Shown here in pieces: positions 35,384 to 48,212 of a DNA stretch of 64,000 nt (positions are counted from its first letter, which is position 1; the number at the start of each line of letters is the position of its first letter). This DNA comes from Balamuthia mandrillaris (lineage: Eukaryota): NCBI GenBank assembly GCA_031835245.2, contig JAVKOQ020000030.1, forward strand, positions 124,001 to 188,000, in the 5' to 3' direction. The translations under genes were made by a program, and so were the position numbers. Under the pieces are notes generated by a model. The model saw only the letters and a list, made by a program, of their open reading frames with translations, was not told where the DNA came from and did not search any database.

Positions 35384-36678
35384 TCATGTTTGGCGAGAGG
35401 TTTGCCATTGAGTGCTAACGACGACGAAGATATGCATACCAATGATTAACACCACACCTAAAGCATCGAGCGACTGCCAACGCAACAACGGCACAACGTG
35501 CCTCAAAGCCAACCAGTAGCATTTATGCCAGTGGTACAGCGGAATGAAAAATCCTTCCAGCGCAAGTTGACTACCGTGGCAGTGATAGACCACAGCGTGC
35601 AGCAGGTCCGCTTCCAACGGAGTGACGAGGTGAAAACGAGCCAATACTTTTGCTCTATTTCCTCTTCCACTGGTACTGGATGCTATACGATGCAGCACGG
35701 AAGAAGCGGAGAAAGAAGGTGGTGGCGGGGCGAACGCGAGGTAACAACGGTGGCCGGAGACAAGACCTTGCCACCCGGCCATTAAGAACGCCACGAGAGC
35801 AGCCAACGGAGGCAGAGAAGAAGTAACATAAGAAGCCACAGAAGGAATATAGGCAGGTGATGGACCATGTCTTTGTGGAGGAGAAGAAGACGACGACGAA
35901 GGTTCAAGTATGTAAGAAAAATTCGAAGATGGATCACCCGGAACAAGGATGTTGAAGGACCATCCAAACAACGAGACAACAGTCCTTTTTGTTGGAGGAG
36001 GCGAAGACCACAGTCCTCTAACCCTGAGAAATTCTTGCTTCTGTTGGAGGTGTTGCACGAGTCGTTGGTACAGCCCTAGAGGAGACGAAGGAAGATACAA
36101 GGAGATCAAGTAGCCAATTAGACGACGACCTCTGTTGAGCATGGATTGAGGGTTGGTCAGTTGCAAGACGAGCGGGTCTTCCTTAAAATGCCTACTGGTT
36201 TTGAAGTTGTGGTATTTACGAGAGAAGAAAGGAGATGTTAAAAGAAAGAAGGCAACAAGAGCGCCGCAAAGAACGAAAAATGACTCAACTGAGATGGTGC
36301 ATGAGGACGAACGACGGCAGCGGCAAAGCCTAGTAAAAAGGCTAACGGGAAGCAATGGATGGATACGGCGTCTAGAGCGGCTTCAGCCCTCGCCTCGCCC
36401 CACCACCAAAGGAACTGGAGAAGCCACTCGAACAGCCCTGTTTTGTTTGTGGCGAAAAAGAACGGATATAAGTTATGTGCAAATCAAAGTTCTTGAAGCG
36501 CATAGCGGAAAGACCAACCAGTTTCAAAGAAGGCGACTATAGAGAGGTCAGAACACTGGGAAAAAGAGATGCGGCCGGTCTTGTATTGATGCATCAGAGC
36601 AGCTTGCCTCTTGTACCAGTTCGATAGCGGAGGAGGTACATGGTTAAAAGACGGTGGTGGCAACCTTGCCAAGTTCAT
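35384..36678 (-). CDS. Hypothetical membrane protein (multi-exon; ends uncertain)
   Basis: Spliceable exons MNLARLPPP...FFET, GLFEWLLQFLWWW...RPHAPS and the long ORF 35384-36195 with hydrophobic segments. No family recognised. Confidence 0.5.
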
Positions 36679-37007
36679 GTTTGCTGTGTAGTTCTTTGGG
36701 TTAACACCTGTGCAATGAATGGCAGCTGGTTTATGCAAAGGTTCAAGTATTTTTTCCAGAGCATTACCTCCCAAAAATGATCAATCCATTTAATTGCTGC
36801 AAACGTCACCTCTAACCAAATTAGGTAAGGATCAACCCAACAGAAAATCAAATAAATTTTGTCGACTTAACTCCAAATCACCCAATGGAATATCAAACAA
36901 ATGGTACCATAGGCTGTCGACAGTAATTTTTCGTTCAAGAAACAAATATAATATAGCAGAGGGAACGAGGCAAAGCAGAAGACCACCGTTGAAAAGCGAG
37001 AAGAAGG

Positions 37008-38833
37008 ATGACCGAGCCACGAACCGCGCTCTCGGCGACCGAGGCGGCCCTCAAGAATGCAAAGGCTTTGTCCCATCTCAACGCCTTCATCTCCATCGAT
37101 GAATCCGTTTCGCTGCAGCAAGCTCAAGCGATCGACTCTCTTCCACAGTAATCTTTTTTCTTGCTTTCTTTATTTTTTTTCGTCCTTTCTCACATTTCTT
37201 TTTTGTACTCTTTGATGCCTATGCATTCCGTTTGCAGAGAAGAAAAAGCCAAAAAGCCTCTGCTGGGCTTGCCGATCGCCATCAAGGACAACATCAACAC
37301 GGCTGCTTTTGCGACGAGCGGAGGCACGCCCACCCTCAAGGATTGGCGACCGAAACAGGACGCTCCTATTGTACAACAGCTGCTTGACGCTGGTACCGTC
37401 ATTGTCGGCAAAGCCAATATGCATGGTACAGAATCCTCTTTATCACTCATTTATTCGTTTCTTGCCGCGTGTCTCCTTACTTAGCATTCCTGTTACTTCG
37501 TCTTCCTCTTGTTTCTTCACGTCTACTTCACAGAGTTAGCATTGGGTATCACATCGAACAATGCGACTTTCGGTCCGGCAAGAAACCCATACGACCCGAC
37601 CAGAGTGGCGGGTGGAAGCAGCGGTGGTACAGCTGTCGCTGTCTCCGCCCGCATCGTCCCTGTTGGCATTGGCACCGACACTGGTTTGTTCTATGTCTTC
37701 TTCTGCATCTTCCTTCCTTCTTCCCTCTTCCTTCTTTCTTCTTTCTTCTTTATGCTGTGTTAACAGAGCAAAACAAATAAAATAAACATAGGAGGATCGG
37801 GTCGTATACCCGCTGCTATGTGCGGTTGTATCGGGTTTCGCCCCACCTTAGGCCGGTACCGCTGCGATGGCGTCCTGCCATTGAGCAGCACAAGAGACAC
37901 GCCCACTCTCATGGCTCTTACAATGGACCATATTCTTCTCCTTGACTCTGTTCTTTCTTCCTCTTCTTCTTCTTGTTCTTCTTCTTCTTCTTCTGCCTCG
38001 TCCTTAAGAATTGGGCTTCCAAAGAACTATTATTGGGATGGAATAGACGAAGAAGTGAAACAAGTCATCGAACAAGCTATCCAAAAGATCGACTCAGCGC
38101 TAACACAAAAAGCAAAAGACGCGAAAACAGAGTCAAGTGGTGTCATTCCAGTGGAACTGGTGGAGGAAGGACAACAGATGGACCAGCTCAACAAAGCCAC
38201 TTACCCCATAATCTTTTATGAGATGGGCCGAGAAACAGCCGCCTATCTTTATCTCCATGGATGCGATAAAGTCTCTTCGGTGAGAGAGTTGTGGGAGGGA
38301 ATGGCTGCTCCTGACGAGAAAGGGCTGCTGATGGCTCAACTGGACCCTATAACCGCCACCACTGCGGAGCAATACAGGTTTTCTGTTCTTTGTTTCTTTT
38401 CATTGATCTCTTGTTCTCGTTTGCTTTTGATTCATAACTGACCTTTGCTCGCTTTTTCATGTAAACCTACAGAGAAGCAATGCTCAAGCACCGCCCTGCC
38501 CTGCAATCTCTCTTCCAAAGCTACTTTGACTCCAACAACCTCACAGCGATGCTCACCCCTACCATTCAGTCTACTTCCTGTCCCATCGACAACCCCTCTC
38601 AAACCACCTTCGAGACGTTCTTCCATTACATTCGCAACCCCGAGCCAGCTAGCAATGCCGGCGTGCCTTGCATCACCCTGCCCGTCGGGTTGACAAAGAC
38701 GAGGGGACTGCCGGTGGGAATCGAGTTGACGGCGAGGGCAGGGGATGATGCCCGTTTGTTGAGTTTGGCAACGGAGATAGCCGCATTGTTCGAGCCGTTA
38801 CCTCCGCCCTCTTTCTCTTTGCAAATAAAATAA
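37008..38833 (+). CDS. Amidase-signature enzyme, indoleacetamide/mandelamide hydrolase-like, multi-exon
   Basis: [13 protein letters not shown] (catalytic Lys), [79 protein letters not shown]. Confidence 0.92.
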
Positions 38834-39042
38834 ATACTCGAGATTCGTGACGACACGGTAATATTTTTGGCGGGAAAACCATTTCCAGAACTGACATCAT
38901 CATTATCATAAATAGTATAGTAATGATGAAATATGTTATAAAAAGGAAAAGTTTTAAAGTTTTCATGAAAAAATTTAACGTAAACTTTGTTAAATACGAA
39001 AAAATAAGAAGAAAAAAAAGATCTCTCTCTCAGGCTGAGAAG

Positions 39043-39722
39043 ATGGCAAATCGGAGGCGCGCATCCGAGCGCGAAGAAGACGCTGCGGCAAAACACGATC
39101 GACCCACAAAGAGAGCACGCAATGAGGAGGAGGAGGAGAAGGGGGAGGAAGAAGCTGAGAAAGAGATAAAAACGGAAAAAAAACGACGACGTGAGGTGGA
39201 GAAGCGGCGCAGGGAGAAAGGAAAGGAAAAGCAAGTAGCGGCGGAAAGTCCTGATGAAGAGGAGGATGAGGCCGCACAGATCACACAACCTCCTTCTCAG
39301 GAGAGCGAAGAAGAAGAAGAAGAAGCAAGTGAGGCAGCAGAAGTGGAAGAAGAAGAGGGGGAAGAAGCAGAAGAAGAGGAAGAGCACGCACAACACCCAC
39401 AGGAAGCGGGCGAAGTGGGCATCATTGAAAAGATCCGCTTGGAAAACTTTATGTGTCATCGCCATTTGGAGCTCTCGTTAGGTCCCAACATTAACTTTGT
39501 TGTCGGTGTGAACGGAAGTAAGATCTACTCTTTCTCATCTCTTATCTTTATTTTTTTTTAAATGAAAGACTAACAATTAAAAAAAAGGTGGAAAGAGCGC
39601 GATACTCGTTGCCCTTACCATTTGCCTGGGCTCCAAAGCGAGCTTTACCAACCGAGGCAGCAAACTCACAGAGTTTATTCGTGGCAATGCCTCGTAAGCT
39701 TTCTCGTCTTTTCTCTCTCTCG

Positions 39723-39763
<41 letters not shown>

Positions 39764-42700
39764 CAAAAAGCTCTTCATTTCTTCTCTTCGTTGCTCCCGT
39801 TCCTCTGTGCACTCTTCTTTCCTCTATTCTTTGTTTCTCATTTCTATTCTCTTCTTGTCCTTGCTTTGCCGCGTAGTTATGCAAGCATAGCAGTGACACT
39901 TCGGAACAGAGGGCCAGAGGCTTATCGTCCCAAAGAATACGGTCCCTCTCTCACCATTGAGCGGCGCATCTCCTCCAACGGCTCCAGTACCTACAAAGTC
40001 AAAGACCACACAGGCAAGCGCACGCTCGCCCACACGCGCGCTGAGGTCAGCATGATCCTTGAACAGTTCAATGTGCAGGTGGACAATCCTTGCGCCATTC
40101 TCATGCAGGACACCAGCAGACAGTTTCTTAACTCGAGCAGACCCAGCGCCAAGTATCAGTTCTTCCTGAAGGCCACTCAGTTGGAACAGATGCAGAGTGA
40201 CTATCAGGACATTGCAGAGCATTTGAAGCGCATGGACGCTATACTCAGCAGAAAACTGACGGTTTGTTTGTTTGTTTGTTTGTTTGTTTGTTTGTTTGTT
40301 TGTTTGTTTTTTTTTTCCATTTTTTCTGTTGGGTTTTCTCTTTGTCTTTGTTTACCTAGTTCTATGTTGTTTATTGTTGCTCTCAATATATGGTGTAGAT
40401 CGTACCGGAAATGCAAAAACGGGTGAAAGAGCTGGAACGGATGTATAGGGATATGCACCAGCTGCGGACCATGGAATCGGAGGTGGTCAAAATGAAGCAT
40501 GCGTTGGCTTGGTCCTACGTCAAAGAGAAGGAGGACGAAGTGAAGGATGTGGAACACCAACTCGCACAATACAAGGAACGACTTAACAAATTTGATGAGA
40601 AGATGGAGCAAATTAAGGTCTCATTTCTTTTTCCTCTAGCAGTTTTCTGTTGTTTTGTTACTTTTTTTTCTGTTGTTTTTTCATTTTTCCTCTATTCTGC
40701 TTGTCTTTTCACTTTGTGCTTAGTATTTCTCATTTATTTGTAATGTAGACAAGATTGGAAGAACAAGGCGCCATCAACGATGAAAAAACAAAGGAGGTCA
40801 ACGAAAGCGGAAATGCCATCAAGGCGGTCACCGAGGCAAAGAAGGCTATCGAAGCAAGAATGCATGAACTAACGAGAGAAGCAAATCGGTGCAAGACCCA
40901 AATCAGCGATTGTAAAAAGCGGCTTTCGCATGTTGGGCAAAGAAAAGAACGGTTGGTAAATTATATAGAAGAAGCGAAAGCCAAAGCTGCCCGCGATACG
41001 AGGTATTATTTCTTTCTTCTGCCTTCGTTCTTCTCCTTTCTCCGTTCTTGTTCCTCCTGGCTTCTTCTTTTTTCTTTCCATATTTCTACGTATTATTCTA
41101 ACTGAGAAATCAACAAAGTGCGGAACGTGAGGAACGGTTACAAGAAATAAAAGAAAAACAAGTTTTAATCGATAACGTGACGGAAAAACACCTCGTTGCG
41201 AAGAAAGAAATGGAAGAGATTGATCAAAAAGCCCAAAGCCTTGTTGCCGAGCTGCGTGAAGTCGATCGCACTGAAACCGAGGAAAAGAGAGAGTTGCTTC
41301 AATTACAAAATCGTTTAAAGGACTTTCAAATGCAAAAGCAGGACAGGACCAGATGCTTTGGTCGACAGATGCCACAGCTCTTGCATGCCATCAACACGGA
41401 ACCTGGCTGGCGGCAAAAACCTATTGGGCCTATTGGTATTTTTTTTCCCTTCTCTCTTCTCCTCTATTCTCGTCCCCATCCTTGCTATGTCGAGATCCAA
41501 TATATAACATTACCGTTTTCCCCTTCTGTTTGCTTATCCACAAATAGGGCTTTGTATGTCTGTCAAGGAAAACAAATGGGCAAACGCAATTGAGGCCACT
41601 ATTGGTAAATTGGTTAGCAGCTTCATAGTAGATAACCATCAAGACGCACAACTGCTTCGGCAACTCGCTCGCCAGTTTGGCGCGTATGTGTTTTGACTCT
41701 ACTTCTCCTTTTATCTAAAACTAAATTAATCGTAAACAACAGACAGGTAGAATTGGTAGTACAAAACTTCCGCAATGAGATCTACCACGTTCCGAACAAC
41801 AGACGGCCACCCGAAGGACTTTGTACTGTGCTTAGCCAAATCGAGGCCGACCATCCAATGGTGTATAACGTACTTATTGACCAGAGGACAATCGAGGGTG
41901 TGTTGTTGTTCGAGCGAATAGAGGACGCTAGAGAAGTTATTTATCGGCAAAGAGCACCAAATGTGAAGGAGGGATATCTGCCGGATGCAAGTCGATTGTT
42001 TGTGCGAGGAAACTCTGAGAACTTTACTTCTGGGCAGAATCACCCAACAAAACTCGGAGTTAACTTTGATGACATGATAAGGTAACTTTTTGTGGCGGTT
42101 TTTGTTATTATTTTCTTACGATTTTTTGCTTTATGTTTTGTAGAGATACGACTCAGCAGATCAAAGAACAAGAACAAAAAATAACGTCCTTAAATCCACA
42201 AAGAGAGGAGCTCATGCGAGCTAAAGCTGAAGCTTCTCACGCTCTCAAACGCATGCGGGTAACTTTCTTTCTTGTCGTTTCTTTCTTTCTTTCTTGCTTG
42301 TCGTTTCTTTCTTTCTTTATTTCTCTCTCTCTTTGTATGTCTTTTGCCTCCTATTTCTGTCAGCATCAAATTAATATGCTTTAATTTCCTATCAGGACGA
42401 GTTGCAGAAGCAACAGCGTCAACTCAACCTTTTGAGTGCAGAGAAAGCAGAGTTGGAGAACTTTAAGGAGGACGAGCCGGAGGACTTGAGCGAGTTAGAG
42501 GGTAATCTACGAAACTTGGACAAAGAACACGAGGAAATCACAAACCAAATGACTGAATTTGAGAAGGCGGCCAAAATCGCCGCTGAACAACTCCTTCCTC
42601 TCACCAACGAATTGAAGGCGAAGAAACATGAGGGATTGAAGCTTGCACAAGAAAGCGAGAAAATGAGTGTACGCTCTTCTTCCCTTTTCCAAATTCCTTC

Positions 42701-44035
42701 TTTTTCATTCCCCTCTTCTTCGATGCTCATGTTAATGGAAAACTTATTCTTCATCCGATTGTTTTGTTTCTTTAAATGCTAGTCGGATTTGCTGGCTATT
42801 CATAATCGTATTCGCAAGCTTTCTACGCAACAAAGCCAACTTGAAAAAGTCAAAGTTGATGTGGTCAAAAACATTACCCAACTGGAAGAACGATTGCAAC
42901 AACTCCAAGTCGAACTTTCGGTATGAACCTCGCTTCCTTTCGCAATTCTCTTTTCTGTTCTATTTCTTATCTTTTTGTAACTTTTTTAATGTAGACGTGC
43001 GAGGAGAAAGCTCGTGAAATAGCGGGAGAAAGAGTAGAAGTGGACAAAACCTCGCAAGAGTTACAGAGAGCCATTTCTGTGATGGAAACTCGTATTCAGA
43101 ACGAACAAAAAGGGTAATTTTCATCTCTATTATGTTCCAGTTCCACTGCTGACTTTTTACTTCAATGAATGACAGGCAAATGAGCAGCGCAGAGCTGACA
43201 AAGAAATACACAAAAGCAAAGAAAAAGCTTGAAGATACACAAAGAGACATGAGAAAACTCCACCACTTAAAAGAGGTAACTTCTTATTGTTTTGTTTTGG
43301 TTGCGTTGCTTCTCATTCTCTCATTTCTTTTTATAGCGACTACAAAATAACTTAAACGAGAGACTGCAACGATGGATTCGCTTCCGCAAGTCTATAGCCC
43401 GCCGTACCAGCATCTACTTTAACAGCTTCCTCACCCGCAAGAACTACGCCGGCAGCATCAGCTTTGACCACGAGAACGGCACCCTCGACATCAAGGTGCA
43501 GCTGGACAATGCCACCTCGTCCCAACAGCAGGAGATACGAGATACAAAATCCCTTAGCGGAGGAGAGCGTTCCTTCTCCACGGTGGCGCTCTTGTTGGCC
43601 TTGTGGGAGGCCATGGAGAGCCCGTTTCGAGCGATGGATGAGTTTGATGTTTTCATGGTAAGATCCTATCTTCTCCTTTTTTTTTCTTTTTTCTTTTTTT
43701 TTTATGGACAAACATGATACTACTTGATTCAAAGGATGCTGTGAATAGAAGAATGAGCATCAAGTTGTTGATGGAAGCGGCGAGAGAGCATCAGCACCAC
43801 CAATTCATCTTTATCACGCCACATGACCTTAGGTACTTCATCTTTCGTCTTTGTTTTGCTTCTCTTTGGCTCCTCTTCTCGATTCAAACACCAAGATGGC
43901 AATATTTTAATATCTTTTTTAAAAAAAAAAAACAACAGCTCGGTAATAAGCGGGCCAGATGTTCGTGTGCATAAGATGCAAGATCCAGAGAGAAGGGACA
44001 GGGCCAACCTCGAACAATCTCTTCTGCAGTTTTAA
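39043..44035 (+). CDS. SMC6: Structural maintenance of chromosomes protein 6 (many exons)
   Basis: GIIEKIRLENFMCH, Walker A GVNGSGKS split by an intron, VDNPCAILMQDTSRQFL, hinge KPIGPIG, signature LSGGERSFST, Walker B PFRAMDEFDVFMD, QFIFITP. Confidence 0.96.
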
Positions 44036-44254
44036 ACTGACACTTACAAACACGGAGTCTTTTTTTCTTAGGAAAAAAAAAGAAAATGTAAAGAATGTCA
44101 TTTATTCGAATATTGTTGGCATACCATGAATTCCTTTAATTCTTTAAATAATTCACATTTTTTGCCCATATTTATATGGCAACGCTTGAACCAGAGTAGA
44201 GGAAAGAAAGAAACGACAAGAAAGAAAGCAACGACAAGAAAGAAAGAAAGAAAA

Positions 44255-45977
44255 ATGTCAGCCGAAAGCGTGGAACGGGAGGTCGTGCTGATGTGCTCTC
44301 TTCTTGCCAGGCAGCAGTGGCAAGGCCATTTGACGCTACGTCACCAACATCCTGCTGGGTATATCATCGAGGTGTTGGTACCGGCCAGAAAGTTGCAGGT
44401 AGTGCAACAGACCATCATTGAGAACTTTGACGACAGGCAGGAGAGAGGCAACGCCCAACAACAACAACAACAAGCAAACATGCCAAGCGACGAAAGAGTC
44501 ATAACCTTGTTCAGCCGTTACGAAGAGGAGTGGGGCGACCTCTCCACGATGGCGTTTTCTGTGGACTTGCTGCTCTGCGCAGACATTCGTTCGCTTTCTC
44601 TTCAGCAGGGATGCAGGGAGCAACCGTTTTCGCCGCATGGGGGCATTTCTGCAGGACGTGGGCCATGTATTCGGCTTTATGGAGAAGACAAAGACTGAGT
44701 TGAGATTTAAAAGCGTAAGCCTGTGGTGGCCTAGCACAAATCAGAATGGTGCGCATTCCCTCAATGATAGAACAGACATCTCTGTTTCTTCTGCTTCCCC
44801 TTGTTCTCCTCCTCCTTCTTCCGTTCCTTGTTCTGTTTCTTCAGCCACTCCACTCTCTACTTCTTCATCCTTTTCAACGGACCGCACACATCGTCGACTC
44901 AACCATCAAAGCTCAGCGCTCACTCCTGCAAGGCAGCATCACAGCGTCACATCTATATCCTCTCCTCCTCTCAGTAGCAGCAATACGAAGGTACGACCAT
45001 CCCAACAATCATCAGTACCCGACTCGTTCAATGTGGAAAAGAGAGCGATAGAGGAACCAACTAATAACACTGGAGATTATAACGGCTATGAAGAGTTCGA
45101 AGAACATGCAAGTGACAATGGCAGCGGCAGCGACGGTGGGAGCGACAATGGCAGCGGCTGTGATGAAGAGGAAGCTAAACAAAGAAAACACAAGGCTGAA
45201 CAACAAAAGAGGGCACTCCTTATAAAACAGAGCAACGGTCTAAAGCGTAGAATCGGCGCAGATACTCGGATGGATATGTCAGACATCTCCAAACCCAAGC
45301 AGAAGAAGAGCAAGCAGAATAGCGAAAAGAGAAGCACCATTGATAAGAAACTGCTTGCAACTTTTGAAGAAAAAGAAGAAGAAAAAGACGAAGAGGAAGA
45401 AGAAGAAGAAGAAGAAGAAGAAGAGGCGAGAAAACAGAGAAAGGAGAGCAAAGTAACGCGCAGGAAAGAGCTGAAGACAAATAACAAGCTGCCTGAGGAG
45501 AACAGACCAACAAATTGTGCAGAAATCTTCCGTCTCGTGCCGAAAACCCAACACAACCATCCCCTTGCCATAACGATCGACAGGTTCCGTTGGTGCTGTG
45601 CCATCTGTTGTATTGAGGAAACAAAGGCCGGCAACGGGCATGAGGCTGTGGTCTGCCATTCCAAAGAGCGAACTCACAGATTCTCAACCCATTTGCTTCG
45701 TTTTCATTCCACAACTATCACAGCTGTTGGATGGGTGATATCCCCAGCGAGCAAAGAAATGGTGGTATGGCGCTGCTCAGAGGGATACGAAGCCTGCTTG
45801 AACACGTCGCAGTTTACGAAGGCTCATTCCATCACCTGGGCGGAGTTGAGGGAGAGCAAAGATTCCTGCCTCCTCCCTGCCTGTCGAAATAGGTGCACAC
45901 GAAGGTCCATAAGGCACGCGCGGGGGGGGGGGGCTCCCATTCTTGTTTTTTTTCGTTGCTTGCAACAAAGGGACTAA
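44255..45977 (+). CDS. Hypothetical protein with low-complexity/charged centre and BED-like zinc finger (junction between two overlapping ORFs unresolved)
   Basis: ORFs 44255-44698 and about 44505/44637-45977 overlap in different frames. EIFRLVP...RWCCAICC...THRFSTHLLRFH resembles a BED finger. Confidence 0.5.
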
Positions 45978-46388
45978 GACCAATATCTAGATATTCCCCC
46001 ATAGCGTTGCGAAGAACATTACACAAGCCAAGGAGAGGGGGTGGCCTGAGTTATGCCGTTTATTGCTGTATGATTGTTTTGATTGTTCATTGGCTAAAAA
46101 TTTTTGATAAAGAATCTGGCGGATTTTCTATAGAAAACCCATCGAAAATGGTCTTAAAATGATCAATTTTTAGAAGACCAAGCCCCTCATCCCTCTCCGC
46201 AAATCATGTCCGCTCTTTGCCTCTGTTGATAATCCTGGAGCAGCTGGACACTTTTTGGCCCTTTTCGATGCACAACGGTTGGCAACATAAAAGCACACAA
46301 TAAAGCCAACCAACAAAATAAAATAGAACACTAGAAGGAAGCAGAGCACACAAGAGTGGAGGGGGAAGCGGCCAACCAACAACAAACC

Positions 46389-47807
46389 ATGCACAGCATA
46401 AAGGAGTTCCTCAGCACACAGACCTTGCAGCACATGAAGGAGATCGAGCAGCAAAAGCTCGTGGTGCTGCCCAGCTCCATGATGATCGAAAAGGCTTTTG
46501 ACGTACGCTAACGCTTCCCCCTTTTGTTTTGCTTCTCTCTCTCTCATTTAACTATTTTCTTCTTCTTCTTCTTCTTCTTCTTCTTTCTGGTTCTTTCTTC
46601 TGCTAATGTTTTTTTTTCTGCTGCTGCTGCTGCTGCTGGGTAACAGAAATTGATGGAAGAGCACATCCTTTGCGCTCCAGTGGCGAACGAGGAGGGCCGA
46701 GTGTTGGGCCTTGTGGACGTGAAAGACTTTGTGGAGTACATTCTGCTCATCTATGGCAAAAGCACGCGCAGCGTTCAAGAACTGGAGTTGGACGCTGAGT
46801 TTAGCGTGAAGAACATCAAGAGTATATGCCTTCTGTTTTTTGTGTGTGTGTGCTTGCTCACTTTTCAGTGCGCCACTAACGAACTCTGCTTTGCTATTCG
46901 TTTTTGAATCTAATAGACTTGTCGCTGCGCAACCCGCTGTTAAACATTGGCATCGACGCTCCTCTTATTACCGTTTTGGAGGTAGGCAGCTTGCTTTGAT
47001 TTATCCTCTTCGTCTTCGTTCTCTTGTCATGCTTCTTTCTTCTCTCATGCTTCCACCTTTTTCCGTCTTCCTTCGTTCCCTCTTCGCATCTGCTTACACA
47101 TGTGGTTTGTTCGCAGTTATTCCAATCAGGCATACACCGATTGGCTGTTTCGGATGGAGACATCAACAATATCACGCACATGGTATCCCAAGGCTCTGTG
47201 ATAAGCTTCCTTCTGGACCATGTACCTTTTCCTCCCATTTCTTGCTTTTCTTCGACCCTCCTTTTCTTTTCTCCTGTTCTCTGTTCCTTTTCTCCGTTCT
47301 CACTTTCTCCGTTTTGCAAAACAGCTCGACCGATTGGGAGATTATGCCCAAAAGGCTATAAGCGCGCTTCCTCACTTTGGCACAAAAGCACAGCCTGTAC
47401 AAGAGAACATATCCGTGTTGAGCGCCTTTGAGTTCATCCACAAACACAAGTTTCACGGAACAGCTATCGTCTCCAAGCAAGGAGAGTTGGTTGGCAGCAT
47501 CAGTGTTACCGACCTCAAATACGCCGCTGACAACATTGAACGTTTGGAAGTGCCGCTTTGTGAGTTTTGGGAGAAGGAAGAGTGGGAGAGAAGAAAAGAG
47601 CATCTGCTGACGTGCACGGAGGATGATACTTTTGGAGAGGTGGTGAGAAAGCTGAAGGAAGGCAGAGTGCACCGACTTTTTGTGGTGGAGAAGGAGAGCT
47701 TCCGACCGCTGAGAGTAATCAGCTTGACGGACGTGATGAGGGCTGTGTTGGCCTTTGCGGAGGAAGAAGAGCAAGCCAAAAGAAGGAACGAGGAAGGAGA
47801 AGAATGA
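46389..47807 (+). CDS. Tandem CBS-domain protein (SNF4/AMPK-gamma-like architecture), multi-exon
   Basis: EHILCAPV..GRVLGLVDVKDF, GIHRLAV, VSKQGELVGSISVTDLK, GRVHRLFVV..RVISLTDV. Confidence 0.88.
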
Positions 47808-48212
47808 AGCTTCATGAGAGAGTCTGTTATTGAAAAAAAAAATCGCAATTTTTCTTTTTTGCTTTGGCAAACTGTGAATGTTGTTAGCCCAAAGGGCAAC
47901 CATTCTAACAACCGATCAGAAAGAAGACGAGGTCCACCTCCCTTCTTGCTGCTTTGTCGTTTTTTCTTTCTGTCTTTGCTCCTTTCGTAAAAGAGTCGCT
48001 GCAGTCGACACAAATTCAAACAAACCAATAGGAGAATAAATAATGATCTAATATTGATCAGATCCTTCTCTGATTGGACCAAAATATCCCGAAGCTCCTC
48101 GGCGAAATATTTATTTTCTCCGTTGAAGAAAAAAAAGAAATATAATATAATTTTGTTTGGTTGCGGGTATTGAGGAGGGGAAGAAGGAGGAGAAGAAAAG
48201 AGAACCACAAAG

